The notes under the pieces: model-generated | Seen by the model: the letters and a program-made list of their open reading frames with translations, nothing else | The model's database searches: none | What the model was told of the DNA's origin: nothing | Position numbers and translations under genes: made by a program | In this document: one piece after another, positions 1 to 12,200 of the stretch | How the letters are laid out: the number at the start of each line of letters is the position of its first letter | Position numbering within the stretch: the first letter of the stretch is position 1 | Source of the DNA: Pecten maximus | Taxonomy: Eukaryota | Reading direction: 5' to 3' | NCBI RefSeq assembly: GCF_902652985.1 | Contig: NC_047016.1 | Span: 7,192,001 to 7,256,000, forward strand | DNA: 64,000 nt

Positions 1-51
1 TACCTTAAATGAGAAATGCTGTAGAGTTGTACCAATGTAGGTTCCGTGATT

Positions 52-3000
52 ATGGCATCACAGCACAATATATCTGTCAGGAAGTGGATTGTCCTTGCGG
101 CTTGTTTCTTTAACATGCTGTTCTGTGCCGGATTTCCTTTCAACATGTCGGTGTTGAACGTGGAGTTGCTTCGTGTTTTTGCAGAAAGTAAAGCACAAAC
201 GGCCCTTGTACAGTCCGTTACAACCGGAACCTTGAATATTGCAGGTGAGTTATTTTGAATGGAAAGGTTTTGTATTATCTAACGACCTTTCAACAGCAAA
301 GGTCATCCTCTGTTATGTGCAAGATAAATTTATGTGGTGAGTGTGAGTGTTTTCGGAGGCTGCGATACATTCGTGTTTGTCTACTTATGGTAGCGAAAAA
401 TTTATGCCGACTTTATAGTGATATCTCAATGAAGCATACTGCCGAAGACATCCAGCAGGCAACCCCGCCCAATCACAGTACACTGACCATGGGCGAGCAA
501 TCATTCACAATTCATAAAAATTAATGTGCGTAACAAGTGACATTTGTGCATACTTTGGTATGTCTAAGCCATGGATATGAAGAATAGATTACAAAAAGGA
601 AGAGAAGAGAAAAGAGTAATTTATGAAAAAAACCTGAAATGTAATCAATGTGTTTCCGAAAGGAATATTACTGCCAGCACATTTTGTGACAAGTGCAATA
701 ACACAGTATATACAAGTGAGTAAATTTGAGTCAGTTATACATCATGTATGGTATGTTTTCATTGAAATGGCATGAGTCAATATATAAATGAGAGAAAATG
801 TATATAGTGCATAATACCTATCCCGTCTCATATCATAATTAATAAATCATACAGTGATAACACATTACCAATTTTGATCCGTATGTGAAGCCTTATTTTA
901 AATCAATGATACAAAAAGAAGATAACTTAAGCGACTATCATCTATTTATCTCCACGATTTAGCCATCGAATTATCATCTCTTGATACTGATAAAAAGTTT
1001 AACAGCATTAGAAAACTCTCCAGTATACACATTCACGACTTAAAGATTCGCTTTCCTTAGCCCTTCTATAAACCAGTTAAAAACTCGCCTTTCCTGAACC
1101 ATCTACAAACCGCTTACAGACTCGTCTTTATTAACAAGGGTTTATGTAGTTGGCCTTGGATGTCCAGTAAAACGCATAGCCTTGGCTATTGCATGAACGA
1201 AAAACCTTTCACAAAGTGGAAGAAATGAACATTAACAATATGAAATCTATTTGAAGCTTAGCATATAGCTCATTGATAGGACGCCTGTACATGGTATGAG
1301 TAAAGAGAGTCTGCAGTGTCCTAGATTTCGGTAGGGTATATGCGATCGATACGGTCCAATTCGTTTTGTTTTTTGTTTTTTGGCTCTGGAAAAAAGCAAC
1401 ACCTCAGCATTGTATTCAAATATTAAATTAGAGGACACAGTCTTCATGTTTAATATGTCGTCGTCACAACAGTTATCATCTTCCGAACATGATGCTACCT
1501 TCATTTTACCTGTATCTATATCATTGTTGTCACCGAAGAATCAGAGTACGTCTGTCCTCGTTTTGTCGATCCGGACTTCCGTTTGCTCTTATTTGCCATT
1601 TATAACATGCCATTGTTTATCAAACTCAATATCTGAATTCAAACCTGCCGACATCATTGACATTATATGGTTGTTTTTTTGATATTGAAAGGGTTAAGTC
1701 ATGACGATCATGTATCTACCGTGTTATATAGTACCATGTCACAATACGATATACGAGGGACTGATCAATAAGGTGTTAGCCTCGTATTGAAGGATTATAA
1801 TTTTGCCGGACATATTGCATTAATTTTCAACACAATCCTCATCAGTATGTATACGTTTTTGCCAGCGGTGTTTAAGGGCCTCTGTGCCACTTTTATACCA
1901 CTCCTTTTCTCGGCTGTTCAGAAAGTCATACACTGCATGTTAGGGTTAGGGTTAGGGTTAGAGTAAGGATGCCTAAAATAACTGTTTTCAGTTTTGGAAA
2001 TAGATGAAAGTCTGATTGAGCGAGATCAGGTGAATAAGGCGGACGCTCAATCAATCCAAAGCCACAATCGTGAATGGCAGCCATGACAATGACAGACTCA
2101 ATAATCCTAACCCTAACCCTAACATATTTTGTTCATTTTGCAAAAGCCGCTTGTCTTGATTAATTTAGGGTGCTACCTTGTCGATATAAACTAACCAGAT
2201 GAGGATCAGAACAGATCAATCAGCCCTCATGTATCATATGACAAATGACAACGACCCAATACAACCATATATCCAAGTTAAGTTGTAAAGCTTAAGTAAA
2301 TAAAGAAACTGAAACTGAAGTATTAGAGCATGCTATAAGATCTACAACACTCTGCAATGACAGAAGTATAGATATTGTTATGTAAGGGATATCCCTGTCA
2401 TTGTTATACAAGTGGCACACATGCTTCATATTTTTTAAAGGTTTCATTAGCGGACAGTGTGTCAATAAGTACGGAGTAAGGAAGATTGGCATGTGTGGTG
2501 GTCTACTGGCTTTCCTGGGACTGACATCTTCATACTTCGCCACAGGTATCCCGTACCTGATTGTCTCCATGGGTGTAGTCACAGGTTAGTATTCCGACAG
2601 AGTAACTATGTGTTTAACTTATCAATGTTGTATTGTGTATATATACAGTATAATTGTTTAAATTGTATATATACATTATCAATGTTTAGACTTTATTTAT
2701 ATATTATCAAAGTTGAAATTGTTTATATACATTATCAATGTTGTAATTGTTTATATACATTATAATGTTGTAATTGTTTATGAATATTTGTAAAATTGAC
2801 AAATATATATATATACATATTTTTTTTTTTAATTACGGAAGGTATTTTTTTAAACATAAAGTGCAGCAAATTAACTCCCTACAATTACACATAGGAATGT
2901 TATTAATATAGTGTTAAGGAATGTGAAATTACAATTTTCGTTGAAGCGCAAGAAATGCACATATAAACCAAATTGACAGTTAATTCAAACGCCATATATT

Positions 3001-4288
3001 CTATATATTTCGACACATTTCCTAGATGCATGTCTGCTAAGTTACAGAAAACCCTTGTACGTGATTGAAAACGAAACTTTAATGTGATCGAAACCTCAGA
3101 CAAACCTTATTTAAGCTTTTTATTTTCGTTAAATGGTTTGTCTTTGCAAATTATTGAAAAAGCTAATGACACTCTTTCTATTGAAACAGGATTCGGCTTG
3201 TCCCTATCCTTTGTGTCGAGTGTGACGGCGGTAGGTTTATATTTCCAAGGAAGAGCCAACCTGATTGCTATATCATTCATTGGTACCGGATCGACTTGTG
3301 GCGCTGTTACATTCCCTTTCCTGTTGGACTTTCTTATTGATGAGTATGGATGGCGTGGATGTCTATTGATAATGGCAGGACTTATGGGAAATATGATTTG
3401 TTTTTTTGGTATCTGTGAACCTCTGTCAATTCGCCGTCACAAAAACATCGACAGAGCAGAAGCAACAGAAAAAAATAATGGATGTACTGAATCAAACAAC
3501 CAAATTACATATCGAGCAATGTTAACGTCACTGGCTAGAAACCGTGTATTTATCCTCTTCATAGTCGGGATTTCTCTGACTCTTTCCGCTTTCGGTTCGG
3601 CATTGGTTTATTTAGTGGAATTTCTCCAGACAAAAGGATATGGAGTAAAGGAAGCATTGGTACTTTATCTTTACATGAATGTATCAAACACATTCGGAAG
3701 ATTATTACCCGGGATGTGCACACTCATACCTCGTATGGATGTTCTCATTATATCAGTGATCTTCACAAGCTTGAGTTCGTTTACTGTCGCCTGTCTTCCA
3801 GCAGCAGCCAACTACTATCAACTCGTTTTCTTGGTGTGTGTCTTCGGGACGACGATTGGTTGCAATGACACATGTATGTCGATGACTACAATGAAACTTG
3901 TAGGATCAGAAATGTATGCCGTTGGACTTGGAATCCTAATGACTATGACTTGAGCTGTATATGTGCCGGAGCGGTATTTGGTAGGTAGCCACATTATGCG
4001 CCATGGTATGTAATGTATCAATCTTCCATGCACACAAGTAATATAAACATTTGTCAAAAGTTTGATATATTTCGTATTAGTTAAGTAATGTATTTGGATA
4101 AAGGTTTGTATTTCCTATCAATAACATATTGTTTTGTTATTACAGGTCGAATAGTGGATGTTACAGGTTCATACGATGTATCATACTACAGTGTGGCAGC
4201 TGCCCATGGTATGGCCATGTGTTTGTTTATTTTGGCGACGATATTACAGAGATGCAATCGAAGGAAGGTTTACTGTATTGATAAGTAG
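52..4288 (+). CDS. Monocarboxylate transporter (SLC16/MCT family, MFS)-like gene, 4 coding exons; probable 1-nt frameshift near 3950
   Basis: Exons 52-244, 2441-2584, 3190-3980, 4146-4288, all with AG/GT and phase-1 junctions. Motifs WIVLAACFF, NKYGVRK..MCGG, GVVTGFGLSL, YGWRGCLLI.AGL, NTFGRLL, GRIVDVTGSY are typical of MCT. The frame breaks at TGA 3951-3953 and resumes in the shifted frame (LSCICAGAVFG). Confidence 0.85.
270..575 (-). mobile_element. Degenerate partial copy of the SINE family at 8634-9172 and 18080-18610
   Basis: Shares gtggtgagtg..ggaggctgcg..ttcgtg, tttatagtg..tgaagcatactgccgaagaca and ggtatgtct with the two full copies. Confidence 0.7.
1754..2230 (-). mobile_element. Non-autonomous mariner derivative with a transposase remnant and internal telomeric-type tracts
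   Basis: TA-flanked ends CGAGGG..TGATC / GATCAATCAGCCCTC. The minus strand of ~1975-2075 reads CGFGLIERPPYSPDLAQSDFHLFPKLK (mariner YSPDLAPSD motif). A second copy lies at 6912-7453. Confidence 0.8.
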
Positions 4289-6288
4289 AGTATGTTGTCT
4301 CTAAGCAAGCAGTTGGCGGAGTCAAAAAGGAACACGCCAAGTTAATAAGAACAGTGTTTGATCATTCAATTTCATCAATAACATAATACAATCAGAAACA
4401 CTTTTTTCTCTTCAAAATGTTCCACGAAGTTGTTATCTCTGAACTGTTGTAAAACATTATCAAACTGAAATTGATATAAGAAATTAGTACTCTGTAAAGC
4501 AGTTAACCAGAGATGAAACAGGAAACAGTTTTACAGCGAGGTAACAGGCAATTCGTTTGTTAAATATCCAGATATAAATGAAACCCCCAATGACATAAAC
4601 ATCGATTTAAGTCACCTCATGCCATCATACAGTATAAAACAATGTTTTAACTGATTTAAAACCTCGTACATTATTTGTATTCCTATCTTAACGATCATAC
4701 TGGTGTCGTGTCGGATGTAATAGAATAAGCGTAATGGGCCAGAAGGGAAAGATCCTTTGTAACCATACTACCATCTATATGTAAAAGAGTGGTGTGCTAT
4801 CAAAATGAAAAGGTTTCATGCAATATACATGTATTTCATTTAATGGTATTCCTGTGATTATTATTATATACATTTTAGAACAGTAGATAAATTATTCTGA
4901 AGCTCAATTTAAATTAGAAATCTATGTTCAACTAATGACTTTGTTCCAAATATTCTAAAGGGCAAGAAGAAAAATACTAATGTCAGGATAGAGCCAGAAC
5001 AAAAAAGAATTTGATTCGAAATAGTCTTATTATTATGAGTTCATTGTAGTGGATTTAATGACTGCTGTATGACAGATCTATTTTTCAAGACATACTTATT
5101 TAATCTTATTCCCTATCGAATCTGTTAGACGAGCATGCAGAAGAAAGATAACCATATCTGACGTGCAGTTGAAGGTAGATTTCCTCCGAAATGCTCCAAA
5201 ACAACCAGATGTATAAACTATGTGCAGGTAATATAAATCAGAAAAGACACTTAAACTTTTCTGTCTCTCTTGAGTGCATGGATAAAACAAAAACGAAAAC
5301 AAAAACAAAAAAACAATATCACATCCCTGGTTACTTGATTATTTTTTTCCTGATTTTGCTGCACAGGGTAAAAGTTAAGAACCATTTCATCCATGTTTTT
5401 ATGTAAACTTACTGTAAATGGATAATCTTGGATCATCATGATAAATATGTTCGGTATTTATTCATTATCTTTATGGTAGGACCGTGGGTCGGAAAACAGT
5501 GACAGACGTTTGATGACCAGGAACCTTTAATAGGTTACACAAGTATGTGTGTTCAGATAGACTTCAATGACTTGAACCAGTATCCTTTCACAAAACTACA
5601 ACAGTAACAGCTCTCATATGCTATCACATCGCTCCTTTTAACTTATTTTTTTTATTAAATGTGTGTGTATTCAGGACCGAAATAAAAAACATCCGAGTAT
5701 TCTCTATTCAGACCCTCATCTATCGCAAAGAAAATGTTCTCTTATGTATGTTTTGACAAACGTTTCTATAACGTTCTTGTGAAATGTTAAACAGTAACGT
5801 CTTTACAAAAAATTAAAACAAACATCCCAGTATAAAACATGAAAATTATGCTAACAATTTTTTTTTAAAGAATATTGTTAAAACATTCTCTATTTTTAAT
5901 GACTATTTAAAATCGAGATGCAATAAAACATTTTAGAAATGCTAATTTTAAACATTGGATTGCGCTGCTGTGATGTTTTTCTAAAGTATTTCCAAAATCT
6001 CTTTTAACATAATGTTATAATAACAATTTCGCTAAATGTTGTTAAAACATTATTTAAAATGTTTTAAGGATATCAAAACACTTTATTTTCCTTCTATTCG
6101 GGTTCTGCTTCTAAGTCACATCATCCAAACGAGTGCCGGGGGCAACATAACCACCTTGTATACCAACGCCATTCCATAATGTTGATCTGGTCGTACATGT
6201 GTGTCTACATGATTATTTCAGATTTTTTTTCTAATATTGAACAAAAATATGCGATTTTTCTTTGCATATCATATTTATCCATTTCACA

Positions 6289-9200
6289 CTACTTGTCTTT
6301 GTTTTTATTGGCGCCAGCTATTAGACCAATGGTAACTCCAGTAACGACTGCTGCAGCACCGGCCACAACCGTCACAGCTGCTGCTTTATCCACCTGTAAT
6401 GGATACAGAAACACTTAATTATTATTATTTTGATTTCAAGAAATCTTATTTCAAAAAGGGAAATTGATCAAACAACAGGCATAGCCTATATAACTTCTCT
6501 CTTAAATATTATTATCAGTGTTGTAAAAAAAATCTTAATTTTCATGCTACATTTGCGTTTTAAAAAATTCCATTAATAACATTTATTGACAGGTGGGCGG
6601 TTCTTGGTAATATTAATAACATTTAATGACAGGTGGGCGGTTCTTGGTAACCACACATAGGCTGCCATACATTTAAAACAATGTATCTTACTTATGTTGT
6701 ACATTTTTTGTAGTTGCTTTTAGTTTTGCAGACTACGTCCCGTTGAAATTTATGTTAAATATTATTGCTTTTAATTCTTAGTCATGAGACGTGTATGAAA
6801 TAAATTAAACTAAAACCATTTTGGTTGTTATTGACATTCAAATCATCAGAGCGTTTTTTTGTTATGAGTGTAGAAGCATAAACATACATAAAACGGGACA
6901 CTTACTTACTATGAGGGCTGATTGATAAGTTGTAAGCCTCATATTGAAGGATTTGAATTTTGCCGGACATATTGTATTATTTTTCAACATGATCTCCTTC
7001 AGTATCTATATACTTTTGCCAGCGGTGTTTAAGGGCCTCAATGCCACTTTTATACAACTCCTTTTCTCGGCTGCTCAGAAAGTCATCCACTGCATGTTTG
7101 AGTTAGGATTAGGGTGCCTGAAATAGCTGTTTTCGGTTTTGGATATATATGAAAGTGTGATGGTGGGAAATCAGGTGAATAAGGCGGATGATCAATCAAT
7201 TTAAAGACATAATAGTGAATGGCAGCCATGACAATGACAGACTCAATCAACCTAACCCTAACCGATTTTGTCTATTTTGCAAAAACCGCTTGTCTTGTTT
7301 ACTTTAGAGTGCTACCTCGTCGATATAAACTAACCAAATGAGGCCAGTCCTTGGGTACATTGCCCTATATAGTCAGAGAATAGCAGGACTTAATACGAAC
7401 ATCCTTAAGTGCCTCCATCAATATGAGTCTCACAACTTATCAATAAGCCCTCGTATCACTGTAAAGAAATGTGAACATCATAAATGTATTATAGATACCT
7501 GTTCGGACCACTTCCTGTCGTATCTAAGAAAGGCTGCAAAGTGTTCACAATTGTTCCATAGGACGTTGTAGCCAATCTCCCCGACCATTTCCTTCGCTCT
7601 CCTAACGATTTCGCGTGGTTGTAGTGGACTTGAAGTAAAACAGTTAACATCATTTAACGAAAACTACTTGTGCTTTTGCAGAACTCGGTCGTTGACTTGT
7701 AAAAACAATCGCTTCAGCTAACTTTCACTATTTCACTAAAATGATTGACATATATCCGTTGTCGTTGTACCTCGTAAACGTAAGCTACCTGCATCGCTTC
7801 AAATACGAAATAATGGATAAGGGTAAGCAGATCAAAAGGACGTCATGTTTGAGTGTTTGGGGTGGGGTGGGGTGGGGGTGGGGGTGGGGGTTTGATATCA
7901 AAAGGGAGTTGGAGTGAGGGGGATACCAGATCAAAAGGGAGTTGGAGTGAGGGGGATATCAGATCAAAATGGGGTAATACACACCTGCATTCACGATCCT
8001 TTCCGTTGTTTCGTTTAGCTTTACACCCGTTAGCAACTTTGAAGAAATCATCGATCTTTGCACAGGCTTTGTCGAAGTTCACCCCGCAAACAGAGAATAA
8101 ACTTCCGGAGGTAAGAGCATCCGTACTACCAGCACCGTCTACTCCAGTTAAATGTACAATCTGTTGGTTTCCTAAATTAACACATGAACGAAATTGTTGA
8201 TATCAGAGGATCAAAAGAAATGAGAGTAAATTGACAAAGAAACAAGAAACAACATGATTTTACCCACGAACCAATTTGACAATAACTGAGATTCTTATAT
8301 CATTTTATGTAAATATACTAACGAAAAAACGAAACGCAAGTTTAATTTCGATAGCTATTATTTTACATGTTTCTTTGATGATGAGTTCATGGTGTTGGTT
8401 TCTCGATTATTTCATCATTACTGAATACATCTTGATGATTTTATTACTGTCCTATCACAGACAGTGTTTGAGTGAATACCGTTAAAACAAGGGTATCCTA
8501 CGCCGTTTCCTGATCCAAATCAGTGGCGTGTATGCCCACCCATGGCGTCAGTCGCTGCTCTTGCTCTCCTTAACAATGACCCCATATAGATGTTTATTGC
8601 CATTTGAGGGATATTATTCCACTCCTGAATAAAGTTTGGTTTGGTTTGGTTTATTTTGTTTAACGTCCTATTAACAGCTAAGGTTATTTAAGGACGGCCT
8701 CCCGTGCGTGCGACATGCATGCGTGTGGTGAGTGCCTATGTGTGTTTTGGGAGGCTGCGGTATGTTCGTGTTAAGTCTCCTTGTGATAGGCCGGAACTTT
8801 TGACGATTTATAGTGCTACCTATCTGAAGCATACTGCCGAAGACACCCCGCAGGACACCCCACCCGGTCATATTATTCTGACAACGGGCGAACTAGTCGT
8901 CCCACTCCTAATATGCTGAGCGCTAAGCAGGAGTAGCAACTACCATTTTTAATGACTCCGGTATGTCTCGACCAGGGGACAGAATCCAAAGCCTTCCTCA
9001 CAGGGGCGAACGCTCAACTGAAGACCAAAAGTGAGGCATTGTCAAGGGAGACATTAGGAAGAATAAAGTTGTTAAGAAAGAAGAGAAAAGATAAGATACC
9101 AAATTTAGTCGCCTCTTACGATCATGCAATGGGGACAGCAGGTACAATTCTTACGCCCTACCTGCGGGGCAGACGTGAGTGGAGCAACATTATATGTGAC

Positions 9201-12200
9201 GGTGACGCTCTTCCGCATCCTAACCCTCCTGTCTAGCTCGTCCCACAAATGTTCGATTGGGGACATATCTGGACTGTATTGTGGCCAATCAAGAACTGGA
9301 ACGTTGTTTTGAGCAAGAAAGTCACTCAAACTCTAGCAACATAGGCCATCACGTTGTCCTGCTGCAACGTAATGTTCCGTTGCTGGATAAGAGGAAGAAC
9401 GTGTGATCTCATGACCTGATCCCGATATGTTACCGCTGTAAGATTACCATGGATAACCACGAGAGGTGTTTCCATGCCTTGAGATAACATAACAGACCCT
9501 CTCACAAATCTACCACTTTCCGTTACCACGATGTCGTTAGACACCTTGTCGTCCATCTGACATGCAAAGCGTAAAGCCAGACTCATCCGTGAACAATACG
9601 TGTCTCCAATGGGCCAAACGAGACCGATTAGGTGTATGTGCAAGCAGCCAATACATTCGACGTTGGCGTCGCCTCTGTGTAAGTGGCGGGCAACATAAGG
9701 ACGTCGTGGCCTTACATGAAACTCCCATAACCGATTCCTAGCCGTTTTGGACACACTAACCGACCATGAGTACGGACAATTTCGCCGTCTAAAATCTGTT
9801 ACGGAAGTGCGAGAGACGCATGCCTGTATCTTGACGTCGCAACGTAAATCGCGGGCGTCCTCTCCCGGAACAGTCTCCCTGTGACTCCGAGACGCTGGGC
9901 TACATGACGTTGCGAATGCCCCAGCGTTATCAGAGCAACTACTCTACCTCTATCGACTTCACTTAATCGTGGCACTGTACAATCACTTCGAAAAAAATGT
10001 TGTGTAAGTCATCTGTACTGTTCCAGAATTCGATATGTTATGATTTAAAAAGCACATATGGTGCACGAGTACCCCGGATGCACGTTTTCCTGAAATATCT
10101 GCTGAAAGCATGCGGTCGACTGAAATTTAACTGAGAAACATTTTCCTGTACATTGCACCGAGCTAGAGCAGTGTAATTTTGTTATTGACTTTAGACCACG
10201 TATCTGAAAGTTATATCTGAACAAGAGGCCTATAGGCCTAAACGCTCACCTGATCACGCAACAGAATTTTGAAATATGTAATATAGACATGCCTTGATGA
10301 TCTTAGATGTCCCTTTCTGTTGCCCTAATATAATTATTGAAAAAGTTAGTCACAGTGACCTACTTTTGCAATATTGGCTATCGGCATGCCTTTCTCACCC
10401 TATGTCTATTTCTGTTGCCCTAATAAAATTATTGAAAAAGTAGGTCACAGTAACCTAATTTTGCAATATTTGTTATTAGCCTGCCTTTATCACCCTATGT
10501 CTATTTCTGTTGCCCTAATAAAATTATTGAAAAAGTAGGTCACAGTAACCTAATTTTGCAATATTTGTTATTAGCCTGCCTTTCTCATCGTAGATGTCCA
10601 TTTCTGTTGCCCTAATATGATTATAGAAAAAGTAGGTCACAGTGACATAATTATGCAATATTTGTTATCAGCATGCATTTCTCATCCTAGATGTGAATTG
10701 AAGGTGTCCTATCATCATTCCTACTTTTCATTTGCACAAGTCACAACATAGAGCAATGTGAAGAGTGATATACAAGTCACCAAAGGTCACACTTCGAATT
10801 GGTCATAACTAGTATCAATGTGACATGCTTTCCACTTGCACATTATCACTACATAATATATATGTATATGACTAATGAATCAGAAACCTATAGACTCTCT
10901 CCAAATTTGATTTAGATTATCAGAAGTTTTCTGATACTTACCATATTTACACAAGGTACACATAATACCCAAAAAACATTTGTCAACAGCTAGTTATCAG
11001 TGATTTAAAGCTATACACTGGGTAACTGGGCAGATTTCATCACTTCGTAATAGCTCTGGAGATAGGGCTCCATTCCCAGACTTCTGCTGCCCTTTATCTA
11101 ATTAATTTTATTGTTTTTCTGTGTGACTCTAAACCAGCAATACCATGGTTTCGTGCAGAGATTAAGCTAACAGGTTTTCGCATCAAAACTAACTGGTATC
11201 AGATAGTAGACAATCCAAAAGCCTAGTTATCTTACATAAAAAAAAGTTCTACAGAACTGAGTACTATATCATTCAAGTAAAGACACCCATTACTGCACAG
11301 CATTGAGGCAACACCCCGTATAATGGATGTGTATATATACATTGTATAGTTATCCATTATCTAGAAGCATACATAGTTTTTTTTTATGTTTTTTTTGTTG
11401 ACAAAAACCTGATCCTGGTCCTTTTTTCAAAATCAATTCCAGGTGGGTGTGGGTGCTACTAGCAGCCAAGCTAGTCAACTGCCAGTTCCCCATTTGGGAT
11501 CCCTAGCAACAATGTTCACACTGAACATATATACAGTGTATACAGACAGGTACAAACCATACAATTAGATTAATTAAAAATCAACCACTCATTATACGTA
11601 CTCCAAATTAAACTCGTCTCTTTATCATCACTATCTTGACCTTGTTATTGAAAATCAACTCTAAACGATGAACCAGTCATTAGCTATCTTGTTCACAAAC
11701 AAAAAATTAAGTACTTTTCCATAGCTCATCAGGTGATAATTGCTGTGGTGGCCATCTTGTAAATTCAATGAATTTTTGAAACATCACCTCTTGTTCAGAA
11801 ATGTCACTAGAACATTCCTAGAAAGTCCTCTTACAACGAAGCAAATAATATTGGGAGTTATAAGGAAAAACATAATTTCAAAGATGGCGATCATGGCAAC
11901 CATCTTGAATTTTACTTTCACTTAATAAATACAAATATCTAGTCAGGACCTTCTAACTAATCATTCAATGCGAATTTCAAACTCTAGCAACATAGGCCAT
12001 CACGTTGTCCTGCTGCAACGTAAGGTTCCGTTGCTGGATAAGAGGAAGAACGTGTGATCTCATCCCCTGATCCCGATATGTTACTCCTGTAAGATTACCA
12101 TGGATAACCACGAGAGGTGTTTCCATGCCTTGAGATAACATAACAGACCCTCTCACAAATCTACCACTTTCCGTTACGCATGCGTCAGAATATCGCTCAC

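Noticed and set aside
1247-1682. Overlapping 85-aa and 100-aa ORFs in MCT intron 1
   Set aside because: No recognisable motif or supported splice structure. Could be a decayed fragment but cannot be supported.
1939-1961. TTAGGG repeats as a true telomere or chromosome fusion site
   Set aside because: Only 3-4 units, and internal to a MITE present twice in the window.
3951-3953. In-frame TGA as selenocysteine or programmed read-through
   Set aside because: The read-through peptide is not MCT-like, the shifted frame fits the TM helix better, and no SECIS was recognised.
5720-6075. AT-rich AAAACATT/AATGTT-rich stretch, possibly a foldback remnant
   Set aside because: Too degenerate to define ends or a family.
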